From contig JBGSMV010000042.1 in NCBI GenBank assembly GCA_041739995.1, positions 1 through 64,000 on the forward strand: 64,000 bases of DNA, written 5' to 3'. Below the pieces are notes generated by a model. The model was given only the letters and a program-made list of their open reading frames with translations. It did not search any database and was not told where the DNA came from. The DNA is from Bdellovibrionota bacterium. GTDB lineage: Bacteria > Bdellovibrionota_C > UBA2361 > JBGSMV01. Below, in pieces: positions 55,598-63,963 of this stretch. The position numbers and the translations under genes are program-made. Each line of letters starts with the position of its first letter. The stretch's first letter is position 1.

Positions 55598-56662
55598 ATG
55601 GTTTGGTTTTTACTCTTGGTAGGTCTCATTCTCCTGACCATAGGAGGGGAGTTGCTCGTACGGGCGGCCAGTCGACTTGCTATCTCATTTGGAATAGCAC
55701 CCTTAGTGGTGGGACTTACTGTAGTTGCATTTGGAACAAGCAGCCCCGAACTTCTTGTAAGTGTTAGCTCGGCTCTCAAGGGAAGTTCCGACATTGCTCT
55801 CGGCAACGTGGTCGGGAGCAACATGTGCAATATCCTGTTGATTCTCGGGGTATCCGCGCTGATTGCTCCATTGATCGTACACCAACAACTCCTGCGCCTC
55901 GATATTCCCGTCATGATTGGGGTGTCTGGCTTGTCTCTGTTGGTGAGCCTTGATGGAGTGGTAAGCCGTGTAGATGGAGTGCTGCTTGTCGTTTTATTGA
56001 TTGCGTATGTCGCATTCCTTGTTCGAACAGCTCGAAATGAGAAAGATTCTCGTTTAGCGGCAGAGAATGAAGGTGCTTCAGGGTTTGTCGATCGGCTTCT
56101 GAGATCTCGCGGAGGACAGGTAGCGGGTCTTGTCGCAGGGCTAGGCGTGTTGACCGGTGGTGCTGAGGTTTTTGTTGGTGCAGCAATTGAGCTCGCGCGT
56201 CTTTTCGGAATGAGTGAGCTGGTAATCGGGCTCACCGTCGTGGCGGTGGGCACTTCGTTGCCTGAAATCGTAACCTCAGTCATTGCAACCATACGTGGAG
56301 AGCGGGACATCGCGATCGGCAATGTGGTGGGGAGTAATATCTTTAATATTCTGTCGGTGCTTGGAATTACTTCAATAGTTTCTCCGATAGCTGTTTCTGG
56401 CGCCGCATTGACCTTCGACCTGCCGGCCATGATTGCGGTCAGTTTTGCATGTTTTCCGCTGTTCTATGTCGGCATGAAGATAGATCGATGGAAGGGGGCG
56501 CTGTTCCTAGGGTACTACCTCATTTATGTAACGTATCTTGTGCTCGATTCGAGCGGACATTCATCGGCACCGATCGTCAGCGAGGTGATGTTACTGGGAA
56601 TTTCCCCAATTGTTGGCGTGACTATTCTGGCACTTGCCTACAGAGAGTTTCGAAGTGCTTGA
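55598..56662 (+). CDS. Calcium/sodium antiporter (YrbG, CaCA family)
   Basis: Duplicated GTSSPE/GTSLPE and GNVVGSN motifs; about 10 TM helices. Confidence 0.93.
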   Translation: MVWFLLLVGLILLTIGGELLVRAASRLAISFGIAPLVVGLTVVAFGTSSPELLVSVSSALKGSSDIALGNVVGSNMCNILLILGVSALIAPLIVHQQLLRLDIPVMIGVSGLSLLVSLDGVVSRVDGVLLVVLLIAYVAFLVRTARNEKDSRLAAENEGASGFVDRLLRSRGGQVAGLVAGLGVLTGGAEVFVGAAIELARLFGMSELVIGLTVVAVGTSLPEIVTSVIATIRGERDIAIGNVVGSNIFNILSVLGITSIVSPIAVSGAALTFDLPAMIAVSFACFPLFYVGMKIDRWKGALFLGYYLIYVTYLVLDSSGHSSAPIVSEVMLLGISPIVGVTILALAYREFRSA

Positions 56663-56684
56663 GCAGTGCGCCTAGTTAAAGCGC

Positions 56685-57413
56685 TTACTTAATCGTTCGT
56701 AGCGTTTCAAGAAGCGCCGAAGGTTCTGCTCTCTTCGTATAATCAGCGTCAACAAACGAATATCGAATAGTTCTCTCGCCATCCACCACAAAGGTGGCCG
56801 CAAGCGGAAGCTCCCACGAGTCTACGCCGTGAGCTTTGGGCAAATTGATTCCAAAGCCTTCATACACACCGCGAAGGTCGTTACCGAGTGCGAATACAAT
56901 TCCAAGGGAGCGTGCATAGGTGTTGTTTTGATCGCTCAATACGACAAATTCCAGCTCATTTTTTGCTTTGGTCGAGAGAGCCTGATCGGGAAGTTCAGGA
57001 GATATCGCGATTAACTTGGCGTTTAGGGCCAATATTTCAGAGAGATGCTGTTGGTACTCATGTAATTGGATGTTGCAGTAGGGGCACCAACCACCTCGAT
57101 AAAAAGTGACAATGGCGGACTTCCCCTCAAGTTCCTTGGAAAGGGACGTTTTTTGGCCCGTTGCGGTTATGAAGTTGCCGTCGGGGAGCTCGGCACCAAC
57201 TTTTGGTGCGTGTTCGGTGAGCTCAGATGCGGCAAGGGCGGCGGTCGCTGAGGTCATGATGCGACGAGATTCAGGGGGAGTTTTTCCAGAACCAGAAGAG
57301 CGTTTGGCGTCAAGTTTCTCTTGGAGGGACTCGGCCATGCTGTTTTGTGGAGTCAGAAAGGTAAAACTACATATTACTATAGCGAAGAATGCGAGTATCA
57401 GACGTTTCTGCAT
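56685..57413 (-). CDS. Peroxiredoxin-like AhpC/TSA family protein (exported)
   Basis: FYRGGWCPYC, AISPE, LSD, ELPLAATFVVD, DYTKRAEP. Confidence 0.88.
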   Translation of the reverse strand: MQKRLILAFFAIVICSFTFLTPQNSMAESLQEKLDAKRSSGSGKTPPESRRIMTSATAALAASELTEHAPKVGAELPDGNFITATGQKTSLSKELEGKSAIVTFYRGGWCPYCNIQLHEYQQHLSEILALNAKLIAISPELPDQALSTKAKNELEFVVLSDQNNTYARSLGIVFALGNDLRGVYEGFGINLPKAHGVDSWELPLAATFVVDGERTIRYSFVDADYTKRAEPSALLETLRTIK

Positions 57414-57497
57414 GGGAGCTCCCTAGGTAAAGTGAGTATGACGCAGCTCTGGAGCCTATCGTCGCTCGCAGGTGAGCACAAATCGAGTGGAGAAGCC

Positions 57498-58076
57498 CTA
57501 GACCCCGTACTTTTTCTTCAGGCGGTCGAAAAGTTCGCAAGCCTCTGTGGGATTAGTGGAAAGCATTTCGGCGTAGCCGCGCGTGTCGGTATTGAAGTCT
57601 CTAAAGATGTCCGAGCTTTTTCGTCCTGCATCGACTTCTTTTTGAAGAAGTCCGTGCAGCTCCATTTGTTTGATTGCCGCATCCGCTACTGAGCAGGTGC
57701 CGCCACCTTTACCGCCATCTTTGGCGAGCTGCTCCATCGTGATCATGCCTTCGGCTTCCTTTGCAAGGTTGAGCTCGTACTTTTTATCAAGTTCGGCCAC
57801 CTTGGCGCAGGCTTCGGTATATTTCTCTTGGGCGATCAATTCGCTCACGGTGCCGCTCTCGGTTTGAAGGCCGGCGGCAAACTTAGTCATCCCTTCGCCA
57901 CCAATCGCGAAATATTTACCTACCACTTTGTTGAGCGCCAGCATTTTGTTGTTAGCTTGATTTGAGTCGCAGCTGTTACCGCCTGAACATGAAGTGAGGT
58001 TCATGCACAGCAATAGGATGCCTACGGGGACAAGCAGCCAGCGGAAGGGAAGAAAGGGTAGGGTGATGTGTTTCAT
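57498..58076 (-). CDS. Lipoprotein with two internal Cys-bracketed repeats
   Basis: Lipobox LTSC; repeats C...K...TEAC.....L.KKY; start moved to ATG 58076. Confidence 0.65.
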   Translation of the reverse strand: MKHITLPFLPFRWLLVPVGILLLCMNLTSCSGGNSCDSNQANNKMLALNKVVGKYFAIGGEGMTKFAAGLQTESGTVSELIAQEKYTEACAKVAELDKKYELNLAKEAEGMITMEQLAKDGGKGGGTCSVADAAIKQMELHGLLQKEVDAGRKSSDIFRDFNTDTRGYAEMLSTNPTEACELFDRLKKKYGV

Positions 58077-58210
58077 GCGCCCGAACAAATCACGAAATCG
58101 ATTGTGTTTCCAGCGCAAAATGCGTGAGTCGTTACTCAATGGCGTGAGGTCTCTGGGATGGATTGAAAGGGTGGCACGGTGGGGCAACTCGCACCGAAGG
58201 GGGTGGCGCG

Positions 58211-58435
58211 TTACGCAATAATATCAAGAATGCTTTTATCTAACTCTTCCGCGGTTTTGATGACCTCTGCAGAAGCCTTTATCTGTATGTCAGCGGTCTT
58301 TTGATCAATGATTCCTTTGACAGGGTCTTCTGTACTCTCTGGTCGAAAGGCGCTGGTGATGCGGCTAGAGGCATCGCTCAAGCGTTCAAAGCCGTTTTTG
58401 AGTCCACGAAGACCAATACCCAATACTGAATCCAT
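58211..58435 (-). CDS. Small flagellar rod/hook-like protein (N- and C-terminal helices only)
   Basis: IGLRGL...ERL...SSRI and ASAEVIKTAEELDKSILDIIA match the termini of basal-body rod/hook proteins. Confidence 0.65.
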   Translation of the reverse strand: MDSVLGIGLRGLKNGFERLSDASSRITSAFRPESTEDPVKGIIDQKTADIQIKASAEVIKTAEELDKSILDIIA

Positions 58436-58601
58436 GAGGTGATGGATCGTCTTTGTTGGCCAAAGGCTTAAGCTTTGGTGGCATTTGCATCACAAACAAG
58501 ACCGGTCTTGGCTGTAATTGACTGAAGTTCTTATTGTTTTCGGCGATGTTGGTGCGGGTGGCGCCTGCTGGTGAGCAACTCTCGATCGAAACATCCGATT
58601 A

Positions 58602-58630
58602 TAACACGGTGGACGCGGGGGGCACGGAGG
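58602..58630. repeat. Left arm of imperfect 29-bp inverted repeat flanking the GxxExxY pseudogene
   Basis: TAACACGGTGGACGCGGGGGGCACGGAGG matches the reverse complement of 59009-59037 at 23/29. Confidence 0.7.
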
Positions 58631-59038
58631 ATGATTCTTAAAGAACTCACAGGGTAGGTTATTGACGCAGCAATTAAGGTGCACTCAGCACTTGGGCCAG
58701 GGCTCTTTGAGCAGGGCTATCAAGTCTGTCTTCAGCACCAACTTTTGATGAGAGAGGTAAGAGTCTTTTCGGAAGTTGGAATTCCAGTCATCTACGACGG
58801 TGTCTAGCTAGAGGTTGGTTAAAGAGTCGACCTCTAGGTCGAAGACCTTTTAATAGTTGAGCGTAAGTCCGTAGAGCGCCTTGCCCTCGTACACAAGGCC
58901 CAGCTACTTACCTATCTTAAACTTGCACACAAACCAGTTGGGCTATTCCTTAACTTCAACGTCCCTCATCTTAGAGACGGAATTGTTCGAGCAGTTAACT
59001 CGCCGCACCCTGCGTGTCCCCCGAGACCTCCGCGTTAA
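58631..59038 (+). pseudogene. GxxExxY protein (PD-(D/E)XK family) pseudogene
   Basis: Manual translation from ATG 58631 (GGAGG RBS): ...AAIKVHSALGPGLFEQGYQVCL...RVDL*VEDLLIVERKS...HKAQLLTYLK...GLFLNFN...GIVR; in-frame stops at 58655, 58805, 58820, 58835. Confidence 0.9.
59009..59037. repeat. Right arm of imperfect 29-bp inverted repeat flanking the GxxExxY pseudogene
   Basis: CCTGCGTGTCCCCCGAGACCTCCGCGTTA, 23/29 complementary to 58602-58630. Confidence 0.7.
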
Positions 59039-59108
59039 AAATTTCGTTGCAAATTACCACAGCTAGCCCAGAGCATTTTCGACAGCCAAGCAAAGCTCGG
59101 AAACTGCC

Positions 59109-60014
59109 CTAGGCGATATCTTTAAGGTTTTCTACGATCATAGTACCCACGCCTTCGTTTAAGAACAGCTCCATGAGCAAAGAGTCACTCCTGGTTCCGT
59201 CTATTATATGGGCGCGGTGCACACCGCCCTTTATCGCTTCAAGGCAAGCTTGGACTTTGGGCAACATGCCCGCCGTAACCTTGCCCGCTTCGACCATATC
59301 TTGAATCTGTTCAATATCAGCGTAGGAGACCAAAGAGGTTGGTTCAGATACGGAACGAAGCAGTCCAGGAACGTTCGAAAGTACGATCAGTTTTTCAGCG
59401 CCGATCGATTGTGCGACCTTAGAAGCAAGTGTGTCGGCATTGATATTAAAAATCTGCCCGCTCGTGCTCGCCGCTATCGGTGAAATTACAGGGACAAGAT
59501 TTTCCTTAAGAAACTTGCCTATCAGCTCCGTATTTATGGACTCGATCACGCCGACGTTCTCGAAGTCCACTAATTCAGTGCCGCCTTGATCTGATTGGAC
59601 ACGAAGTGGGGGACGCTTTGACGCAAGCACGATTTGAGCATCGGCACCCGAAAGCCCTAGTGCACGCACTCCATGTTTACCGAGTGCCGTGGTTACTGAT
59701 GTGGCCAGTTCGCCACAGAACACCATTACGGCAGCCTTCAGCGTCTGGTCGTCGGTGATACGTCGGCCCGCCTTTTTTACGGTCTCTAGCCCAAGTCTTT
59801 TGCTCAGCACATCAAGCTGAGGGCCACCACCGTGTATCAGCACAACCTTCATGCCAATGTGATGAATCAAGCTAATCTGACGGGCGACGTTTTCAAGTAC
59901 CGCTCCAGTGCAGAGTTCGCCGCCAAGTTTTAGGACAAATGTCTTGCCCTGAAACTCACGTACATAAGGGAGAATTTCTGTAAGCGCTTCGATACGGTTC
60001 ATGGTGTTCCTCAT
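59109..60014 (-). CDS. argB: N-acylglutamate kinase
   Basis: LPYVREFQGKTFVLKLGG, HGGGPQ, GRRITD, NINADT, GMLPKV, HIIDG, GVGT; start 60014 or 60002. Confidence 0.95.
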   Translation of the reverse strand: MRNTMNRIEALTEILPYVREFQGKTFVLKLGGELCTGAVLENVARQISLIHHIGMKVVLIHGGGPQLDVLSKRLGLETVKKAGRRITDDQTLKAAVMVFCGELATSVTTALGKHGVRALGLSGADAQIVLASKRPPLRVQSDQGGTELVDFENVGVIESINTELIGKFLKENLVPVISPIAASTSGQIFNINADTLASKVAQSIGAEKLIVLSNVPGLLRSVSEPTSLVSYADIEQIQDMVEAGKVTAGMLPKVQACLEAIKGGVHRAHIIDGTRSDSLLMELFLNEGVGTMIVENLKDIA

Positions 60015-60036
60015 TCCTCAGTGTCACAGTTCTTTG

Positions 60037-61068
60037 TCACAGGTCAGTTTTAAGAATTTTTAAAAGCAAAGCATTCTGGGCGTGCATTCGGTTCGCCGCT
60101 TGCTGCTCAGTAAGGCTGCGTTTGCTGTCCAGTACTTCATCCGCTACTTCAACGTTCCGTCTTACCGGTAGGCAGTGCATGAAGTAAGAATCATTTCCGT
60201 GAGCCATGACTTCCTGGTCCATTATCCAAGGAAGCAACGACTTGCGATGTTCTAGTTCAAGTTCGCGGTGTCCTATAAAGCCAGGAGGTGTCCAACTCTT
60301 TGCGTATACAATATCAGCTCCTCGAACCGCCTGTTCTTGCTCATAGAAGACCTCGACGGATCCACCAGAACTGCCTGCGGCACTCTGAATCATAGACATT
60401 ATCTTTGGATCGAAGTCGTAGCCTTCCGGATGGGCAATGCGCAGTTGCAGCCCAAGTTGTGCGGCAATCAGCGCCGTGGAGTGAGGAACCGCAAGAGGAA
60501 GTTGTTTGGGGTGCGGTGCCCAAGAGAGGGTAAAAACCTTGCCGTGTAGCTTGTTGCCGAAAGTTTCGCGCAATGTGAGGGCATCGGCCAAGGCCTGACA
60601 GGGATGCCAGCAGCTTCCTTCCATACTAATAAGGGGAATATCAAGATGCTTGGTGAAGGCCGAGAGCACTGGTTCATCTCGGTCTTCCTCCCAAGAGGAA
60701 AGCTTGGAGAATGCTCTGACGCACACCGCATCAAAGTACTGAGAAAGCACTCCCGCTGCATCTTTGATGTGCTCAGTGCGGTCCCTATACATCATGGCAC
60801 CGTCCGCAAATTCCAGAGTCCACGAGTCGGCTCCTGGGGAGAGGACGACCGATTGTCCGCCGAGGCGAGCAATACCGGACTGAAAGGAGGCTCTAGTGCG
60901 CAGAGACGGGTTAAAAAACATAAGAGCAAGTACTCGCCCTGAAAGAGACGAGGAGAAGTCACGCCAGTGGCTTGATTTTCCCTTGGCTGCGAGTGCAAGG
61001 GCTTCGTCCAGCTCTTGGAGCGTCAAATCTGAAGTGCTTATAATTGATCTAGAAGATTTAGAAACCAT
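60037..61068 (-). CDS. argF: N-acyl-ornithine carbamoyltransferase (ArgF', AOTCase/SOTCase type)
   Basis: FFNPSLRTR, W.LEF.DG..M...EH loop, HPCQ, WAPHPK.LP, KSW, HCLPVRRN distinguish it from ordinary OTCase. Confidence 0.92.
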   Translation of the reverse strand: MVSKSSRSIISTSDLTLQELDEALALAAKGKSSHWRDFSSSLSGRVLALMFFNPSLRTRASFQSGIARLGGQSVVLSPGADSWTLEFADGAMMYRDRTEHIKDAAGVLSQYFDAVCVRAFSKLSSWEEDRDEPVLSAFTKHLDIPLISMEGSCWHPCQALADALTLRETFGNKLHGKVFTLSWAPHPKQLPLAVPHSTALIAAQLGLQLRIAHPEGYDFDPKIMSMIQSAAGSSGGSVEVFYEQEQAVRGADIVYAKSWTPPGFIGHRELELEHRKSLLPWIMDQEVMAHGNDSYFMHCLPVRRNVEVADEVLDSKRSLTEQQAANRMHAQNALLLKILKTDL

Positions 61069-61121
61069 GTGTGCTGTCCTTCTTGCTGTTCCTCTTAGTC
61101 CGTCGACTATCTCAAGTTCCG

Positions 61122-62228
61122 TTACGGGAAAAGTGCGGCTGCGCAGAGCCCGGTAGTCTCAGGGATGTGGTACATCAAATTCATGTTTTGAATGGCATTT
61201 CCTGCGGCACCCTTTACCAGATTATCTAGCGTACTAATGACTACGACTTCGCTTCCTTGTTGCCGAACGGTTATGTCACAGAAATTTGAGCCGCGTACAT
61301 CGAGCACCCGTGGAGTAACGTCTCTATAGCGCATGAAGAACTCAGTCGCGCAGAATTTCCGGTAGAGTTCGACTACATCTACAGAGCCGTCGGGAATGGT
61401 AACGAAGCTTGTGGAATAGATTCCTCGCGAGAAGTTGCCAGAATGTGGAACCAGATGAATCTTGGTAGCGCCACTTTGCGCGAGGGAGAGCGCTTGCTCG
61501 ATTTCTGGGCCGTGCCTATGAGTCAGTACCTCATATGAACTCATGGATTCGTTTCTTGCTGGGTGATGTGTTTTGGCGGTGGCGGTCACGCCACTACCTG
61601 TGGATCCAGTCACCGCTGAGACTCTCGCAACAAGTGGATGTTTGCCAAAGTGAAGAACTAAAGGGAGAAGTCCCAGCGTTACGCAGTTTGCAAAGCAGCC
61701 TGGGTTTGCCACTAGTCGAGCAGACTTTATGCCGTCACGGGAAACCTCCGGCGTGCCATACACCGCCTCGGCAATCAGTTCAGGGCAGGGGTGCTGTTGT
61801 TTATAAAACTGACTAAAGTGTTCAGCGGAAAGTCGAAAGTCTGCCCCTAGATCAATGATTCGCAGATCGCCCGAGACAAAACGCTCACATTTGGATATGG
61901 CGCCGATAACCGGAGACGACTGAGCGTGAGGTACTGCAAAGAACAACAAATCAAGTTCCGCAAAAGCGCTATCGAGCACTTCGATAGGTGAGCCAAGCGC
62001 TGGTGGTTCAACAAAGATGAGGGGGCAAAGTCCTTCAAGCGACGGATGCACTGACGCCACGCTTTTCCCGGCATACTCTCTGGAGGTGACAAGGGCTAGA
62101 TCCGCTTGGACATGGTTTAAAAGCAGGCGCATGAGCTCTAGACCGACGTAGCCCGAGCCTCCGAATACGCCTACTTTGAGCGGTGCTCCACTCGAGGGCT
62201 GCCTCTGGTTTTCTAGAGACCTCTTCAT
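61122..62228 (-). CDS. argC: N-acyl-gamma-glutamyl-phosphate reductase
   Basis: GGSGYVG, IDLGADFR, YGTPE, ANPGC, HRH.PEI, DNLVKGAAGNAIQNMNL. Confidence 0.95.
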   Translation of the reverse strand: MKRSLENQRQPSSGAPLKVGVFGGSGYVGLELMRLLLNHVQADLALVTSREYAGKSVASVHPSLEGLCPLIFVEPPALGSPIEVLDSAFAELDLLFFAVPHAQSSPVIGAISKCERFVSGDLRIIDLGADFRLSAEHFSQFYKQQHPCPELIAEAVYGTPEVSRDGIKSARLVANPGCFANCVTLGLLPLVLHFGKHPLVARVSAVTGSTGSGVTATAKTHHPARNESMSSYEVLTHRHGPEIEQALSLAQSGATKIHLVPHSGNFSRGIYSTSFVTIPDGSVDVVELYRKFCATEFFMRYRDVTPRVLDVRGSNFCDITVRQQGSEVVVISTLDNLVKGAAGNAIQNMNLMYHIPETTGLCAAALFP

Positions 62229-63289
62229 GGAAGCTCCTCACCGAAAACTTGCTTGTATACAATCCCTGCGAACTCCCTGCCATCGCGCATAGCATTAGCT
62301 GCCTGCAATTTGAGTCTTGAACGAATGAAGTTTTTGCCCACGTCATTATCTGTGCAGGGGCCACAAATCACGGTTATTTCGTGGCATGGATGGTCGGACG
62401 GGAGGTTCGACAAGAACTCGTGAGCGCCCCAAGCAGCTACTGGATCGTTTGCACTTACCACGTGGGCAGAGGTAAATTTCATAATCTCTGGATCAGAAAG
62501 AATCGACATTGTGCCGTACTCGCCCATGATGCCGTCACCAAGTTCTAACACGATGCAGTCTGGCTTCTTCTCGCTGAGAGCTGCGATGACGCCTTTTGCT
62601 GAAGTAACTGCGTTGTCCGCAGTTGAAGTAACTATACCCGCGTCGGTAAAGTTCAGCACCGCGACTGCGCCGCAATCTGCCATTGCAAGCGTATCGCGCA
62701 TTAGGCTTACGCCCGTGAGCTTTGCCGCGCAGACCTTCTTCCCGGCGCGAGTAATGTGTTTCACCAACTCACAGGCCGCTCTGGTTTTCCCAGCATCCAT
62801 GCAAGTTCCAGAAATAACAATGAGTGGGGCGGCGTGGGGCAGGTCTTGTCGGGGGCGAATTTCGCCTTCGAGAATGGACGCTGGGGAACCGACACGTTGC
62901 AGAAAGTTAGGAAAATGCTGTACTGCTCCAAGCACTTCCATGTCTATGGGACGTCCGAGTTCAGCGTTGTCGCTAGTGCACTTGCCGACCACGCCTCCCA
63001 GATTCAGTATCTGCAACGTTTCACCGACCTTAATGGATTGAGGCACAATGCCACTGAATCCCTTTAAGGCGTTACGGGGACCCAAGACGCCAACTACGAC
63101 GTCATCACGATAGAGGCGGCTCATGCGCCCGGAAGCCAGCTCGATGGTGTTATAGTCAGAGCGCTCGTTGAGCAGGCGCCCAGCGATGATGAAGCCCTCT
63201 TTCGCGGTGATGTCGGGTGAAAGCGTGAGCTCAGACGAGAGCTTGGCGTTTCGAGCGGCGGAAGCGATTTTATCAGCGACAATTTTCAT
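62225..63289 (-). CDS. DUF1611-like P-loop protein; candidate N-acylglutamate synthase
   Basis: IELASGR, GVLGPRNA, LNLGGVVG, SGTCMDAGKT, AAKLTG...RD, FTDAG, ELGDG; stop overlaps the argC start (ATGA). Confidence 0.7.
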   Translation of the reverse strand: MKIVADKIASAARNAKLSSELTLSPDITAKEGFIIAGRLLNERSDYNTIELASGRMSRLYRDDVVVGVLGPRNALKGFSGIVPQSIKVGETLQILNLGGVVGKCTSDNAELGRPIDMEVLGAVQHFPNFLQRVGSPASILEGEIRPRQDLPHAAPLIVISGTCMDAGKTRAACELVKHITRAGKKVCAAKLTGVSLMRDTLAMADCGAVAVLNFTDAGIVTSTADNAVTSAKGVIAALSEKKPDCIVLELGDGIMGEYGTMSILSDPEIMKFTSAHVVSANDPVAAWGAHEFLSNLPSDHPCHEITVICGPCTDNDVGKNFIRSRLKLQAANAMRDGREFAGIVYKQVFGEELP

Positions 63290-63309
63290 ATGCGTTCCCT
63301 ATTATGTTT

Positions 63310-63963
63310 TCACTTAAGCTTGGGGCTCTCTCGTCCAGAGATTGAATTCAGAATTCGTAGGGTGCGAGGCGCGTCTTCCTCGGTCACCACCATCATGAGC
63401 TCAGTCCAGCAGCTCATCTCTTCGACCACGTTCACTCCCTGCTCAGCGAGCACCCCGTAGATGAACGACACCACCCCGGGGGTTGATTCTAGGCGCTCAT
63501 CAAACAGCATTGAGATTTGAACGAGGTCAGCGCTGGTCTTTTTTATCTTACCTCGGAACTGTGCGCGAATTTCGGGTAGGTAATCCTGATTGGTGATCAG
63601 CACCAACACTTCAGCGCCTTCAATCAGGTGAAAGTCTCCGCGCTCTTGTCGCACAAAGGACTGAAGGCGATGCAGCTTCTCAAAGTCGCGGGGCTTTTCA
63701 ACGATGGCAACCGCCATTTGGTTGGTAGTGCGGATCGAGACACTTTTAAGGAGTGCACGCACCTTGGTCTCAAGCGACTCTTTTCCTTTTACGCGCTCAG
63801 AGTAGCGACGGCATGCCACCAGCACAGCATCAAAGTGTTTATCGCCAAACTCCTCGCAGATTTCCCGTGAGAGCGCAGAATAGTTTATCAGACCGCGCTT
63901 AAGGCAGTCCCGCACACTAGGACGCTCTGAGATGTAGTGCTGGGTGAGGCGGGTGATAGACAT
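63310..63963 (-). CDS. HTH plus ACT-domain protein, candidate amino-acid-responsive regulator
   Basis: N-terminal RPSVRDCLKRGLINYSALSREI...AVLVACRRY; C-terminal ACT TPGVVSFIYGVLAEQGVNVVEEMSCWTELMMVV. Confidence 0.75.
   Translation of the reverse strand: MSITRLTQHYISERPSVRDCLKRGLINYSALSREICEEFGDKHFDAVLVACRRYSERVKGKESLETKVRALLKSVSIRTTNQMAVAIVEKPRDFEKLHRLQSFVRQERGDFHLIEGAEVLVLITNQDYLPEIRAQFRGKIKKTSADLVQISMLFDERLESTPGVVSFIYGVLAEQGVNVVEEMSCWTELMMVVTEEDAPRTLRILNSISGRESPKLK

Noticed and set aside
55543..56430. Long antisense ORFs (this 295-aa one, also 15268-15912, 17736-18308, 47029-47673, 62511-63041)
   Set aside because: Shadow frames of well-supported genes on the opposite strand, with no motifs of their own.
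58631..59038. Stop-codon reassignment or readthrough in the GxxExxY frame
   Set aside because: Both TAG and TAA interrupt the frame at sites expecting different residues, and many intact genes in the window end in TAG or TAA.
48701..59040. Integrative island or prophage at tRNA-Asn (tRNA 3' duplication as att site)
   Set aside because: The duplicated tRNA end is only 210 bp away; I saw no distal att copy, integrase or phage genes. The downstream block looks accessory but cannot be called an island.
61122..62228. LysW-dependent (LysY/LysZ) pathway
   Set aside because: Despite an HHP.R segment in ArgC, no lysW or lysX is present, and the N-acyl-ornithine transcarbamylase implies small acyl protection.
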